Source: Planctomycetota bacterium
GTDB lineage: Bacteria; Planctomycetota; B15-G4; JADJEK01
Assembly (NCBI GenBank): GCA_044225365.1
Contig: JBGAIQ010000063.1
Span: 1-29,333 of the forward strand
Length of the DNA: 29,333 nucleotides
Reading direction: 5' to 3'
In this document: positions 9,093 to 19,574 of the stretch, piece by piece
Numbering within the stretch: the first letter of the stretch is position 1
Layout: the number at the start of each line of letters is the position of its first letter
Program-made: the position numbers and the translations under genes
The notes under the pieces: generated by a model
The model's input: only the letters and a program-made list of their open reading frames with translations
Database searches by the model: none
Told to the model about the DNA's origin: nothing

Positions 9093-10187
9093 ATGCTCGA
9101 ATACGTCTACGGCCCATTCGATCGGCGCTCGCTCGCGCAGGACGAGCGCTTCAAGGATCTGAAGCGCGTCTACCACCAACTGCTCCTCGCCGCGGATGGC
9201 GATGCGTCGCGTGCACTCCAGTGGCTGAAGCAGCTCGACAAACGCTACGGCTTCTTCGACGACAAGTTCTCGTTCGACGACTTCGTGAATCGACTGGAGC
9301 GCGAGAAGCTGGTCGAGAAAACCACGGGTGGTGGGTTCAAGATAACGCCCACCGGAGAGCGCACGCTGCGACGCGACGCACTCGAACGAGTGTTCTCATC
9401 GCTCCAAGCGGGCAGCGACGGCGCCCATCGCACGCCGGGCTCGGGAGGCGCCACCGAGAAACTCTCCGAGACGCGGCCCTTCGTGTTCGGCGACGATCCC
9501 GCGGACCTCGACGTGCGCGGCTCGATCAAGAACGCATTGCGGCGCGGCGATCTCGACTTCGAACTCACCGAGCCGGATTTCGAGGTGTTCGAGGGTGAAG
9601 CGCTCACTTCCTGCGCCACCGTCATCGCGATCGACATCAGCCATTCGATGACGCTCTATGGCGAGGATCGCATCACTCCCGCGAAACAGGTCGCGCTCGC
9701 GCTCGTCGAACTGATCCGCACCCGGTATCCGAAGGACCATCTCTCCGTCGTCCTGTTCGGCGACGACGCGAAGGAGGTCCCGCTCGAACGCCTCCCCTAC
9801 CTCAGCAACGGGCCCTACCACACGAACACCCGCGCCGGGCTGCGACTCGCTTCGCGATTGCTCTTGCGGCAACGGCATCCCAATCGGCAGGTCTTCCTCG
9901 TCACCGACGGCAAACCGTCGGCTCTGACGATGGAGGACGGCACGCTCTACAAGAACCCGTTCGGCCTCGACGAGATGGTCGTCAACAAGACGCTCGAGGA
10001 AGCCGGCAACCTGCGTCGCAAGGGCGTCATCGTCACGACGTTCATGTTGACCGACGATCCCTATCTCGTCGACTTCGTCGAGCGCTTCACCCGCGCGAAC
10101 CGCGGCCGCGCCTACTACAGCAAGGCCGACGATCTCGGGTCGGCGTTGCTCGTCGACTACATCAAGAACCGCAAGCGCGCGGTTTGA
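9093..10187 (+). CDS. von Willebrand factor A domain protein (Rv0959-type partner of the AAA+ ATPase)
   Basis: MIDAS IAIDISHSM, YHTNT, FLVTDGKPS; family motifs LYGEDRITPAK and RPFVFGD. Confidence 0.88.
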   Translation: MLEYVYGPFDRRSLAQDERFKDLKRVYHQLLLAADGDASRALQWLKQLDKRYGFFDDKFSFDDFVNRLEREKLVEKTTGGGFKITPTGERTLRRDALERVFSSLQAGSDGAHRTPGSGGATEKLSETRPFVFGDDPADLDVRGSIKNALRRGDLDFELTEPDFEVFEGEALTSCATVIAIDISHSMTLYGEDRITPAKQVALALVELIRTRYPKDHLSVVLFGDDAKEVPLERLPYLSNGPYHTNTRAGLRLASRLLLRQRHPNRQVFLVTDGKPSALTMEDGTLYKNPFGLDEMVVNKTLEEAGNLRRKGVIVTTFMLTDDPYLVDFVERFTRANRGRAYYSKADDLGSALLVDYIKNRKRAV

Positions 10188-10224
10188 GATCGCGCAGGCG
10201 AACCTCGCCGTATCGGGTCGGCAC

Positions 10225-11031
10225 TCACGGGGGATACGGACTCGGGCGCGAATCGTAGATGCTCTTCCATTCCCGATCGCACTTCTCGATCGCCTGCATC
10301 CACCGTTGGTGGATCCTCGTCGCAACGTCCGGAGAAGCGGTTCGTTCTACGGCGTCCACGATCGCCGACGCCAAGACCTCGTGGCATTCGATCCGCATGA
10401 GCCGCCGATCGATCGAGCGGTACTCCCGAAGTATGGTCCAATACCAGGGCAGCAAGGACCAAACGTAGACCCTCTCGGCGAAGTCTCGATAGGCGTGCTC
10501 GCTCCGCGTCTTCGCCTCGTTGGCCTTCCACGCGTCGTAGCGCGCATCGAAGTACTCGTCGGTCGGAACGAAGACGACGTAGTCGAATCGCATGCGATCG
10601 AGAGCGCTGAGGTTGGAAGCAAGGAGCCCCTTGCGCGAGAGTGCGAATCCGCCGGATCCGAGATCTCCCCAATCGATGCAATAGGACCGAGCGCTCGCGG
10701 CTACCGGCAGACGAAGTTGCCCGCCCTCCGGGACGATGAAGCTCGCGATCGTCGCCTCGTCTCCAGGCTCGATCGCGATCAGCAAGCCCAAGGCTCCTGG
10801 ATCGTCGAATTCGTCGCGAATCCGGGCACCGTCGACCGCAACCCAGTCGCGCAGTTTCGCTCCGTCGATCTTCCGCGTCGCGTAGAGTTCGTAACGATTC
10901 GTCGCGACCACGAGGTCGCGACGGAGATCTCGCGCCGTGGCGTCGCGCAGGGCTTCTGGATCGGTCGCGCAGCCGATCCCATTCACGACAACGGCGAGAC
11001 AGAGAACGATGACCCGGGAAGTGCGCGGCAT
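10225..11031 (-). CDS. Hypothetical protein, probable lipoprotein
   Basis: ATG 11031 is preceded by GAGGA. The N-terminus MPRTSRVIVLCLAVVVNGIG-C is a lipoprotein-like signal with an imperfect lipobox. No recognisable domain. Confidence 0.6.
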   Translation of the reverse strand: MPRTSRVIVLCLAVVVNGIGCATDPEALRDATARDLRRDLVVATNRYELYATRKIDGAKLRDWVAVDGARIRDEFDDPGALGLLIAIEPGDEATIASFIVPEGGQLRLPVAASARSYCIDWGDLGSGGFALSRKGLLASNLSALDRMRFDYVVFVPTDEYFDARYDAWKANEAKTRSEHAYRDFAERVYVWSLLPWYWTILREYRSIDRRLMRIECHEVLASAIVDAVERTASPDVATRIHQRWMQAIEKCDREWKSIYDSRPSPYPP

Positions 11032-11273
11032 GGTGTCCTCCGCACGCAATGATCGAGGATCGCGAGCGAGTCGATCCGATTCGCACCCCGACGCCCGGTC
11101 CGATGCGGCTCGACGGCTGCCGACCCGTCGGTGCGATTCGAGGCTGCGACGCATCCGCGCAACGAAGCCCGCGCACATGGCGTGAGCCCTTTCGAACGAC
11201 GGATCCGAGGTCGATCGACCCGGCGAGAACAGTCGCTGCAAGCCGACTCTACCATCGCGTCCGAGGGAGTCGC

Positions 11274-11279
11274 TAGAAT
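11274..11279 (+). promoter_or_regulatory. Putative -10 element (TAGAAT) of the scoAB operon
   Basis: TAGAAT lies 24 nt upstream of ATG 11304, with the SD GAGGA between them. Confidence 0.4.
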
Positions 11280-11303
11280 CGCGAACCCACGACGAGGAAC
11301 TGC

Positions 11304-11999
11304 ATGAACAAAGTCTGCGCGTCCGCGCTCGAAGCCATCTTCGACATAAGAGACGGCGCCACTCTCGCCGTCGGCGGATTCGGCCTCTGCGGAATCCCCG
11401 AGAACCTCATCGCGGCGCTGCGGGAGAAGGGCGTCAAGGGCCTCACGGTCATCTCCAACAATGCCGGGGTCGACGACTTCGGGCTCGGGATCCTCCTCCA
11501 GACTCGTCAGGTCCGGAAGATGATCTCGACGTACGTCGGGGAGAACAAGAACTTCGAGCGCCAGTTCCTCGATGGCAGCCTCGAGGTCGAGCTCGTCCCG
11601 CAGGGGACGTTCGCCGAGCGCCTCCGGGCGGCCGGCGCGGGCATCCCCGCGTTCTACACGCCGACCGGGGTGGGAACGCTCGTCGCGGAAGGCAAGGAGA
11701 CGCGGATCTTCGGTGGCCGCGAGTACGTGATGGAGCGCGCGCTCCACGCGGACTTCGCGATCGTCAAGGCCTGGAAGGCCGACCCGATGGGCAATCTCGT
11801 GTACCGCAAGACGGCTCGCAACTTCAATCCGATGATCGCGACGTGCGCGCGCGTGACGATCGCCGAGGTCGAGGAGATCGTGCCGGTCGGCGCGCTCGAT
11901 CCCGATCAGATCCACACCCCTTCGATCTTCGTGAAGCGACTCATCCAGGGTCCACGATACGAGAAGCGGATCGAACAGCGCACCACCCGGCCCGCGTAG
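11304..11999 (+). CDS. scoA: 3-oxoacid CoA-transferase subunit A
   Basis: [55 protein letters not shown]. Confidence 0.95.
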   Translation: MNKVCASALEAIFDIRDGATLAVGGFGLCGIPENLIAALREKGVKGLTVISNNAGVDDFGLGILLQTRQVRKMISTYVGENKNFERQFLDGSLEVELVPQGTFAERLRAAGAGIPAFYTPTGVGTLVAEGKETRIFGGREYVMERALHADFAIVKAWKADPMGNLVYRKTARNFNPMIATCARVTIAEVEEIVPVGALDPDQIHTPSIFVKRLIQGPRYEKRIEQRTTRPA

Positions 12000-12017
12000 T
12001 CATCGACGGAGACTTCC

Positions 12018-12704
12018 TTGGTCCTCACTCGCGAACAGATCATCGAGCGCGCTGCGCAGGAATTGCGTGACGGTTACTACGTGAACCTCGGGATCGGCAT
12101 GCCGACCCTCGTGGCGAACTGCATCCCGAGCGGCATGGACATCGTCCTCCAGTCGGAGAACGGGATGCTCGGAATCGGTCCCTTCCCACGGGAGAGCGAA
12201 GTCGATCCGGATCTCATCAACGCGGGCAAGCAGACGATCACGCAGATGCCCGGCTCGTCGTACTTCAATTCGGCGGACTCGTTCGCGATGATCCGCGGCG
12301 GGCACATCGACCTCTCGATCCTCGGCGCCATGCAGGTCTCGCAGGACGGTGACCTCGCGAATTGGATGATCCCCGGGAAGATGGTGAAGGGAATGGGCGG
12401 CGCGATGGACCTCGTCGCCGGCGCACGGCGCGTCGTCATCACGATGGAGCACTGCGCGAAGGGCAACGAACCCAAGATCCTGAAGAAGTGCACGCTGCCG
12501 CTCACCGGCAAGCAGGTCGTGCATCGCATCATCACCGATCTCGCGGTGCTCGACGTGCGCATCGGCAAACCGCTCCTCCTCCTCGAGACCGCGCCGGGCG
12601 TTTCGGTCGACGAAGTGAAGAAGCTCACGCAAGCCGACATCGAGGTCGCGCCGGACGTGAATTCGATGAAGCTGGGAGCGATGAAGGGGGCGTCGGCGTC
12701 GTGA
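12018..12704 (+). CDS. scoB: 3-oxoacid CoA-transferase subunit B
   Basis: VNLGIGMPT, catalytic Glu motif [23 protein letters not shown]; TTG start after GGAG. Confidence 0.95.
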   Translation: MVLTREQIIERAAQELRDGYYVNLGIGMPTLVANCIPSGMDIVLQSENGMLGIGPFPRESEVDPDLINAGKQTITQMPGSSYFNSADSFAMIRGGHIDLSILGAMQVSQDGDLANWMIPGKMVKGMGGAMDLVAGARRVVITMEHCAKGNEPKILKKCTLPLTGKQVVHRIITDLAVLDVRIGKPLLLLETAPGVSVDEVKKLTQADIEVAPDVNSMKLGAMKGASAS

Positions 12705-15046
12705 TCCGCGAGGAGAAGAACGCTCTCATCCTGCTCGTGCTCTTCGTCGTCGGAGCGTTCGTTCTCTACGTTTTCGTGCTCAAGCCCACGCTCGAAGGGG
12801 CGATCGAATTGCCGGGCGGCGGCAAGGCGAACGCCGCGAGCGAGGAGACCCCGCCCGCCGACCCGATCCTCGACGACCGGCCCAAGTCCGCGAAGCGCAT
12901 GGTCACCGCGCGAGCGAATCTCCGCGACGCTGCGACGGGCCTGCCGGTCTCCGGCGTGACGGCGAAGGTGATCGGAGTCGAGGACATCGCGGATCCGCAG
13001 ACGCGCGAGATCAGCGAGGGAGTCCTCCTCGTCGAGTACTTGCCGCCCGATGCCCAGTTCTCGGTCGAATTCCGTCGCGATGGCTACACGTCCCGCCTCC
13101 TGCACCAACTGCGAGGACCCGCGAAACAGACGCTCGAACTCGGAGTCGTCGCGCTCGTTCCCGAGCGCTCGATCACCGGAGACGTGCGCGACAGGAAGGG
13201 CAAGGCCATTGCCAACGTCAAGGTCGGGGCCTTCGTGGCGTCGGAAGCAGCCGCGGCCGACGACGTGTTCGAGCGCGCCCGCCAGCTCGCCGAAGCGATC
13301 CGCCAGTCGCCGATCGCGGTCGCGACGACCGACGCCGACGGCCGCTTCAAGCTGAATCAGCTCGAGCCGCGCAACTACGTCATTCAGTTCTTCTCCGAGG
13401 AGTTCGCTCCGACGGTCCTTCCCCATGTCGACACGCAATTCGCGGACGGCCGGGTCCGCGTCGAACTCGATACGGGCAGCGCCGCGCGCGCACGAGTCAC
13501 GCTCGAGGATGGCAAGTTCCCGAAAGGCGCGATCGTCACCCTCGTCGCGGCGGAGATGCCGCAAGACGTCGCGCTATCGGCGGGGCAGGCGGAGGTGACT
13601 TCGGACGGCGCCCTGGCGCTGCGGGCCCTCGCTCCGGGCCCCCATTTCGTGTTCGTCGGCGGAGGCGGCGCGGCAACCTGTGGAATCGGACCGCTCTCGT
13701 TGCCCTCCGATCACGAGATCAAGATCACCGTCCCGCGCGGCGTCGAGGCGCAAGGCGTCGTCACCGACGTCCATGGCGTGCCGGTCAAGGAGGCGCGCAT
13801 CGAGGCGCGCGGAGCGCAACGCGGGGCGATCCGCTCCGTGACGAAGACCGACGCGAATGGCCGCTGGAAGCTGACGGGTCTGCCGGTCGGGGCGACGCGC
13901 ATCCGCGTGAGTGCCCGTGGTTATGCCACCGACGAACAGAGCGTGCCGGTCGCGTCGCTCGGTGCCGAGCATCCGACTCAGCTCTATCGCGGCGGCACGT
14001 TGATCGGGACCATCACCGCGGACGGCAAACCGGTCCTCGGGGCGCGCGTGAGCATCCCGACGCAGGATCAGCGGACGGTCAGCGACGAGCACGGGCAGGT
14101 CAAACTCGAGGGATTGTCGGCCGGGAAGACGACGATCGACTGCGAAGCCGTCGGTTTCACGGCGACGCATCAGATCGTCGACCTCGCCCTCGGTCGCCCC
14201 ACGGAGGTTCGATTCGGGCTCGAGCGCGGCGGCGAAGTTCGAGTGAAGGTGCACGACGGCGCGGATGCCGCCATCGCGGACTCACGCTTGCTCGTCGTCC
14301 GCGTCGCGGAGGACGATCGCCCGATCGTCTCCGAGTGCTGGTTCGCCGATTCGGACTCGTTGGGATTCGCGCGCTGCCGCGACCTCGAGAACGGATTGCG
14401 ATTCATGATCGTGGCGTCGCATGCCGGTTATGCGCCGGCGCGCAGCGAGGGATTCGTGCTCGGTCCCGAACACTTGAAGCGAGGCTTCGCGATCCTCCTG
14501 CCGTCGAGCGGCTCGATCGCAGGAAACCTCGTCGACGACCAAGGCGCCCCGGTCGCGGGAGCACTCGTGCGCGTCGAGTCCTTCCTGGACGATCCGATCA
14601 CGGATCTGTTGCTGGGGCGCGTCCGCTCGCAGGTGCTCAGCACGGCGGAGGGCGCTTTCGAATTCCGTGACTTGCCGGCCGGCGAATATCGAGTGGTCGC
14701 GCAGGCCGTGGGTTTTCGACGAGTGCTGTCGCCGAAAGTGGCGGTTCCCGCCGGCGAGCGCCGGATTGGCGTGAAACTGACGATGCTCCCCACGCGACCC
14801 GTCTTCGGCAGCATCGCCACGGCGGACGGCCGTCCCGTCCCGATGGCCAAGATCTCGCTCACGGCGAAGGGCTTGCCGCCGCAGGTCGAACTCGCAACCG
14901 ACTACGCCGGCCGATTCTACTTCCTCTCCCCTGATTCGCGCCCGTTCACGCTCCACGCCGAAGCGACGAACGTGGGCCAGGGCGAACTGAAGATCGAGGG
15001 CGATGCGCCCGCGCCGCCGTTCAAGATCACGATCGATCAGCAATGA
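12701..15046 (+). CDS. Membrane-anchored protein with carboxypeptidase-regulatory-like beta-sandwich repeats
   Basis: GTG 12701 overlaps the scoB TGA. N-terminal [22 protein letters not shown]; repeats [79 protein letters not shown]. Confidence 0.82.
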   Translation: MIREEKNALILLVLFVVGAFVLYVFVLKPTLEGAIELPGGGKANAASEETPPADPILDDRPKSAKRMVTARANLRDAATGLPVSGVTAKVIGVEDIADPQTREISEGVLLVEYLPPDAQFSVEFRRDGYTSRLLHQLRGPAKQTLELGVVALVPERSITGDVRDRKGKAIANVKVGAFVASEAAAADDVFERARQLAEAIRQSPIAVATTDADGRFKLNQLEPRNYVIQFFSEEFAPTVLPHVDTQFADGRVRVELDTGSAARARVTLEDGKFPKGAIVTLVAAEMPQDVALSAGQAEVTSDGALALRALAPGPHFVFVGGGGAATCGIGPLSLPSDHEIKITVPRGVEAQGVVTDVHGVPVKEARIEARGAQRGAIRSVTKTDANGRWKLTGLPVGATRIRVSARGYATDEQSVPVASLGAEHPTQLYRGGTLIGTITADGKPVLGARVSIPTQDQRTVSDEHGQVKLEGLSAGKTTIDCEAVGFTATHQIVDLALGRPTEVRFGLERGGEVRVKVHDGADAAIADSRLLVVRVAEDDRPIVSECWFADSDSLGFARCRDLENGLRFMIVASHAGYAPARSEGFVLGPEHLKRGFAILLPSSGSIAGNLVDDQGAPVAGALVRVESFLDDPITDLLLGRVRSQVLSTAEGAFEFRDLPAGEYRVVAQAVGFRRVLSPKVAVPAGERRIGVKLTMLPTRPVFGSIATADGRPVPMAKISLTAKGLPPQVELATDYAGRFYFLSPDSRPFTLHAEATNVGQGELKIEGDAPAPPFKITIDQQ

Positions 15047-15801
15047 CCCGCAGCGGATGGGCGCCCTTCGTCATCGCGCATCGTGGAGCTTCGTTCGACG
15101 CGAACGAGAATGCGGAAAGCGCGATCCGCCTCGCGATCGCCGTCGGCGCAAGAGCGATCGAGATCGACGTCCATCGAACGCTCGACGGCGTGATCGTGGT
15201 GCATCACGACGAAGATCTGATGCGCTCGTGTTCGGATCCGCGCTTCCTTCGCGATCTACGTTACGACGAAGTGGCGGTGCTGCGCCAACGCTTCGCGCCG
15301 ACGCGGGAGCCCGAGCCCATTCTCACGCTCGAAGAAGCACACGCCTGCGCCGCGCCGTTGCCGCTCGTCGTCGAGATCAAGGCGAGGGATCGCGACCCCT
15401 TGGGCTTTGCTCGCGCCGTGGCGGAACTGCTCGCGCGACTCGAGACGCCTTCGCGGCCGCCAGAGCGTCGATCGACGATCATCTCGTTCGAGTCGGAGAT
15501 CGTCGCCGAGGCCGCTCGCCACCATCCGGCTGAACGAGTCGGGCTCATCCGGAATACCGAGTACGGAGAAGAGGGCTGGCGCGATCTACAAACACAGCCG
15601 GGTGGCATCGCCGTGATGTCGAGTCGCATCGCGACATCCTCGCGGGTCGCAGCATTGCGGGAGGCCGACAAGACCGTCTTCTGCTATGCCCTCGACGACG
15701 AGGAGAGCGTGCTCCGCCACGTCGCGATGGGAGTCGAAGGCATCCTCTCGAATCGTCCGGCGATCGCTCTTTCGGCCCTCGCGCGCCGCCCGCGCGCCTG
15801 A
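15043..15801 (+). CDS. Glycerophosphodiester phosphodiesterase (GDPD family)
   Basis: VIAHRGAS...EN, IEIDV..TLDGVIVVHHD, VEIK, IISF, GVEGILSNRP; ATGA overlap with the upstream gene. Confidence 0.92.
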   Translation: MTRSGWAPFVIAHRGASFDANENAESAIRLAIAVGARAIEIDVHRTLDGVIVVHHDEDLMRSCSDPRFLRDLRYDEVAVLRQRFAPTREPEPILTLEEAHACAAPLPLVVEIKARDRDPLGFARAVAELLARLETPSRPPERRSTIISFESEIVAEAARHHPAERVGLIRNTEYGEEGWRDLQTQPGGIAVMSSRIATSSRVAALREADKTVFCYALDDEESVLRHVAMGVEGILSNRPAIALSALARRPRA

Positions 15802-15806
15802 GCGGC

Positions 15807-16499
15807 TCAACTCTGCTCGCCGCCGGGCGCGCGCTTCAATGAACCCTTCTTCAGGCTGGGCGTCGGGCCGGAAGGAGCTTGCGAAGCATCGGTCGTCGCC
15901 GAGGACTTGTCGCCACCACCTCGACGGACCAGCAGGTACAGGATGAGCAGCGCGAGCACGATGAGCAGCGCTCGATCGATCTGCTTCACGTAACCGAGCA
16001 ATCGCTCGATCTCGGCTCCGAATTTGAAACCGAGCCAGACGGAGATCGGCGCCGAGAGCAGCGCCCCGAGCAAATCGAGCAACAGGAACGTCCGGTAGCG
16101 CATCCCGAGCGTGCCCGCGGTGAAGTAGACGAGACCCCGGATCCCGGCGAAGAATCGACCGAAGAAGACCGACTTGGTGCCGTGGCGATCGAATTCACGC
16201 CGCACCTTGTTCATCCGCTCGACGTGAAGGAGGCGAGCGACGAACGGCTTCTGGAGCAGCGCGCCCCCGTAGCGGTGGCCCCAGTAGAAGAGGATGCTAT
16301 CGCCCGCGAGGATCCCGACGATCGTGACGATGGTCATCGTGACGAGTTCGGCCTTGCCTTCGTAGACCGCGACACCCGCCGCGATGAGAGTGATCTCTTC
16401 CGGCACGGGGAGGCCGATCCCGCACAGCAACAGCACGCCGAACACGGCGATGTAGCTGTACTCGAGAAAGACCGAGCTAATGAAGCCGAAGAACTCCAA
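15807..16499 (-). CDS. DedA family membrane protein
   Basis: GLPVPEEITLIAAG, GDSILFYWG, FFGRFFAGIR. Confidence 0.92.
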   Translation of the reverse strand: MEFFGFISSVFLEYSYIAVFGVLLLCGIGLPVPEEITLIAAGVAVYEGKAELVTMTIVTIVGILAGDSILFYWGHRYGGALLQKPFVARLLHVERMNKVRREFDRHGTKSVFFGRFFAGIRGLVYFTAGTLGMRYRTFLLLDLLGALLSAPISVWLGFKFGAEIERLLGYVKQIDRALLIVLALLILYLLVRRGGGDKSSATTDASQAPSGPTPSLKKGSLKRAPGGEQS

Positions 16500-16601
16500 T
16501 CCAGTCGCGCCGTCGTGAGTGAGGGGCTCACCAGTCTACGGAATGCAGGGATTGAAGGAGAGACGGAATCGGACGAACTCCGCCGCGAGATGCGGCCGAC
16601 C

Positions 16602-19574
16602 TCATGGCCCTCCGGCCTTCAACCGTTCGTCGATCTTGCGGGCGAGTGGCCCCCATTGGGGGTGCTGGACGAGCGGCGCGAGTTCCGCTTCGGCCTCGAC
16701 CTTCTTGCCCATCACGGCGAAGCGCACCGCCGACCCGAAATGGTTGTTCGTCGCGTTGTCCTTCGCGAGGGCGAGATCTGCGATTTGCCCCGCTTCCTTG
16801 TCGCGCGCCAGGAGGTAGAGCGCAATGGCGTATCCGGTGAGCGCGAAGGCGTCGACGTCGGGGTTCTTCGCCATCGCTTCGAACGCGAGATTCGCCTCAC
16901 TGAACTGACCGAGCTGCAGCAACGAGAATCCGAGATGGCGCGCGATGGCGGAATTCCCCGGGCTCTGCTTCAACGCGAAGTTCGCGAGATCGACCGCCTG
17001 CTGATAGCGCCCCGCCGCGAAGCGCCGCCGCAGCAGTCGCTCGACGCCTCGTAGGGACGCAGCATGACGCGGATCGACGACGAGCGCGGTCTGATACTTG
17101 TCGGCCTCGCGCTGTTCGTCGCCCAGGACGTCGTCGGGGAACGACTGCGCACGCAGTTCCCAGTAGTGAGCACTCAGATAGGTTCGCATCGCCGATGCGC
17201 GGCGCCGCACCGCCAGATCGAACGGCTTCTTCTGCGCCTCGGTCCACTCCGGCGGCAGGTCGAGGTATTGCGCCACCGAGTCGCCGAACTTCAGCGTCAC
17301 GTTGTTGAAGTTGTTGAGCGCGAGAACGTCTTCGGCCTCGGTCGTCGCCGCGGTGAGATACTCGATCGATGGTCGATCGAGCGTCAGGTCGTCGATCCGC
17401 GAGGCCGCTTCGCCGGCGAACTGGGCCGCCAATGTGTGCTCGTCGCCGAGGAACAATTCGATCACGTCCTCCGGCGCGAAGAGTCCAACGTCGTGCGCGG
17501 GCTTCGACGTGGCCATCTTCGGATCCGTGATCCGCGCGGCGATCGAAGCCACGTCGAGCCGCATCACGTCGGAGCTGCCGACGAGCGCGACGACGGGCAT
17601 CGCGGCCTCGGGATCGGCAATGAACACGAATGTCTGATCGAACACGCGGCGAAACGTCATAGCGATGCGACCGAAGTCCTCGAACCGCATCTGATGCAGC
17701 GGGATCCACTGCCAGTACACTCCCCCTTCGGCGAGCAGCCGCTTCACCTCCGTGAAATGTTCCTTCGTGTAGAGCGCGCCGGCCCCCTCCTCCCACGGGA
17801 AGAAGAGATCACCGACGACGAGATCGAAGTGCGCGCGATTGCGTCGGACGAAGCTGACCGCATCGTCGTAATGGAATGTGACGCTCGGATGGTCGCGCAG
17901 GTCACCGTGGCGCCCCGCGAAATACCCGATGGCGTCGATCACCTCGGGGACGATCTCGACCGCGTCGATGCCGCGTAGCCCTCCATCGAGCATGCCGTCG
18001 ATCGTCCCGCCGGTTCCGACTCCGAGAACGAGAGCTCGATTCGGATTGGGGTGGAGCAATGCCGGGAGCAGTCCCTGGCGTTGCTGGATGCGATCACTCG
18101 CGCTGCCCTGTCGCATCGTGCGATTCACGAAGAGTTCGGGCAACCCCACGCGGGCGGAACGAACGACGCTGACGTCCGCCGCCGCTCCTTCCTTGGCGAA
18201 GAGAACCACGTCCCCACGATCGAGGATCGGCAGACTGCGATAATCGATGACGAGGACCGCGGACGCGACGAGACCACCGAGCGAAGCCGCGACGATCGCT
18301 CCCGGCCTGCGACATGCGGCCCCGCCGACGACCACCGCGAGCGCGGCGCAGATTCCGATCGCTCCCTTCATACCGAGCGACGGCAGCCACACGAAACCCA
18401 CGATCGCCGCGCCCAGGATCGAGCCGAGCGAATTGGCGAACGTGATGCGTCCATAGTGCCGCGGCGCAGGGACGCCTTCCGGCCTCGAAGCGAGCAGCGC
18501 CGCGAAAAGGGCCCCGGCCATCGCACTCGCGGGCAGCACGCACGCCGCGAATCGGACTTGCTCGACGAATCGACTCGCGACGAATCCCGACCCGCCGCTC
18601 CCCAAGTCTCGTGAGCTTCCCGTCCCCAGGACGTGGGGTAGTGCACCGCACACCACGAGCAGTGCGCCGAGGATGGCAAGGAGCGCGCCCGGCGCGGGCC
18701 GGAAGTCGAATCGCTCTCGCGCGCTCGCGAGCAGGCCTCCGCCCACCGCAGTTCCGAGCAGGAACGCCGCGAGCACTCCCGCGAACGCGTGCGCCGAGTT
18801 GGGGACGAACTGCGCGATGGCACGCAGGAGGAGGATCTCGGCCGCGATTCCCACGAAACCGCCGACGACCGCGAGGAGGAGCGGGAACGGCGATGGCTCG
18901 CACACGGGAAGACCGTCCGTTCCATCGATCGAATCCGCGCTCGTGCTCGCGATGGGCTCTCTCCGGGCGAGGAGGTAGCAGAGCAGGGCGACGAGCCCGA
19001 GCGTGGCCGCGGCGAGCCGACACGTCCACGTCGCGCCGAGCCTCTCGATCGCGAAGTACCCGGCGAGGATCGCACCCACGACACCGCCGAGCGTCGTCGC
19101 TGCGTACAGCCACGAGAGCCGCGTGCGCGACGCGAGAAGTGGAGTCAGCGCACCTTGCGGCAGGACGGGGATGCCGACGACGACGAGCGCAGACACGGCG
19201 GCCACGACGAATCGCGGCAGGTCGATGAACGCGTCGCGGAGCGACAACGAGGCAAGAAGGGAACCGATCGCGGGTGCGAGGAGTGCGAGTCCGAACGAAA
19301 CGAGCGCGAGCGTTGCGCAGACAGCTAGCGGCCGTTTGCCCGATGCGAGCCGACCGCCGACGGCCGCTCCCAGGCCCTGAGCGGCCAAGAAGGCGGCGAC
19401 GACGGCGGCGCTGGACTCGACGGTGTTCCCGATGCTCGGCGCGAGCATCCGCGACGTCGCGAGTTCGAAGGCGAGCGCCGCAGCGCCGGCCAAGGCCGCG
19501 ATCCCGTACCGCGCGGAGCGCAGGAGAGCGTCGGGATCGTTTCGCCGACCCACGGATGCTGCGGACTCACTCAA
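16602..19574 (-). CDS. Fused multi-TM / spermidine-synthase-like transferase with C-terminal TPR repeats
   Basis: TTG 19574 after GGAG is preferred over 19793. It has two TM repeats (AFELATSRMLAPSIGNT; AAEILLLRAIAQFVPNS), Rossmann motifs ALVLGVGTGGT, AVEIVPEV, DAVSFV, FDLVVGDLFFP..LYTKEHF, and a TPR-like tail (LGFSLLQLGQFSEANLAFE). Confidence 0.85.
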   Translation of the reverse strand: MSESAASVGRRNDPDALLRSARYGIAALAGAAALAFELATSRMLAPSIGNTVESSAAVVAAFLAAQGLGAAVGGRLASGKRPLAVCATLALVSFGLALLAPAIGSLLASLSLRDAFIDLPRFVVAAVSALVVVGIPVLPQGALTPLLASRTRLSWLYAATTLGGVVGAILAGYFAIERLGATWTCRLAAATLGLVALLCYLLARREPIASTSADSIDGTDGLPVCEPSPFPLLLAVVGGFVGIAAEILLLRAIAQFVPNSAHAFAGVLAAFLLGTAVGGGLLASARERFDFRPAPGALLAILGALLVVCGALPHVLGTGSSRDLGSGGSGFVASRFVEQVRFAACVLPASAMAGALFAALLASRPEGVPAPRHYGRITFANSLGSILGAAIVGFVWLPSLGMKGAIGICAALAVVVGGAACRRPGAIVAASLGGLVASAVLVIDYRSLPILDRGDVVLFAKEGAAADVSVVRSARVGLPELFVNRTMRQGSASDRIQQRQGLLPALLHPNPNRALVLGVGTGGTIDGMLDGGLRGIDAVEIVPEVIDAIGYFAGRHGDLRDHPSVTFHYDDAVSFVRRNRAHFDLVVGDLFFPWEEGAGALYTKEHFTEVKRLLAEGGVYWQWIPLHQMRFEDFGRIAMTFRRVFDQTFVFIADPEAAMPVVALVGSSDVMRLDVASIAARITDPKMATSKPAHDVGLFAPEDVIELFLGDEHTLAAQFAGEAASRIDDLTLDRPSIEYLTAATTEAEDVLALNNFNNVTLKFGDSVAQYLDLPPEWTEAQKKPFDLAVRRRASAMRTYLSAHYWELRAQSFPDDVLGDEQREADKYQTALVVDPRHAASLRGVERLLRRRFAAGRYQQAVDLANFALKQSPGNSAIARHLGFSLLQLGQFSEANLAFEAMAKNPDVDAFALTGYAIALYLLARDKEAGQIADLALAKDNATNNHFGSAVRFAVMGKKVEAEAELAPLVQHPQWGPLARKIDERLKAGGP

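Noticed and set aside
6404-9598. 1064-aa plus-strand ORF and other long overlapping ORFs (2681..4438, 4607..5914, 19890..21812, 24715..25908)
   Set aside because: Shadows of motif-bearing genes on the opposite strand, as expected in high-GC DNA.
11507-11519. TCAGGTCCGGAAG resembling the SRP RNA core
   Set aside because: It lies inside the well-conserved scoA frame and lacks the following GAAGCAGC and the flanking stem.
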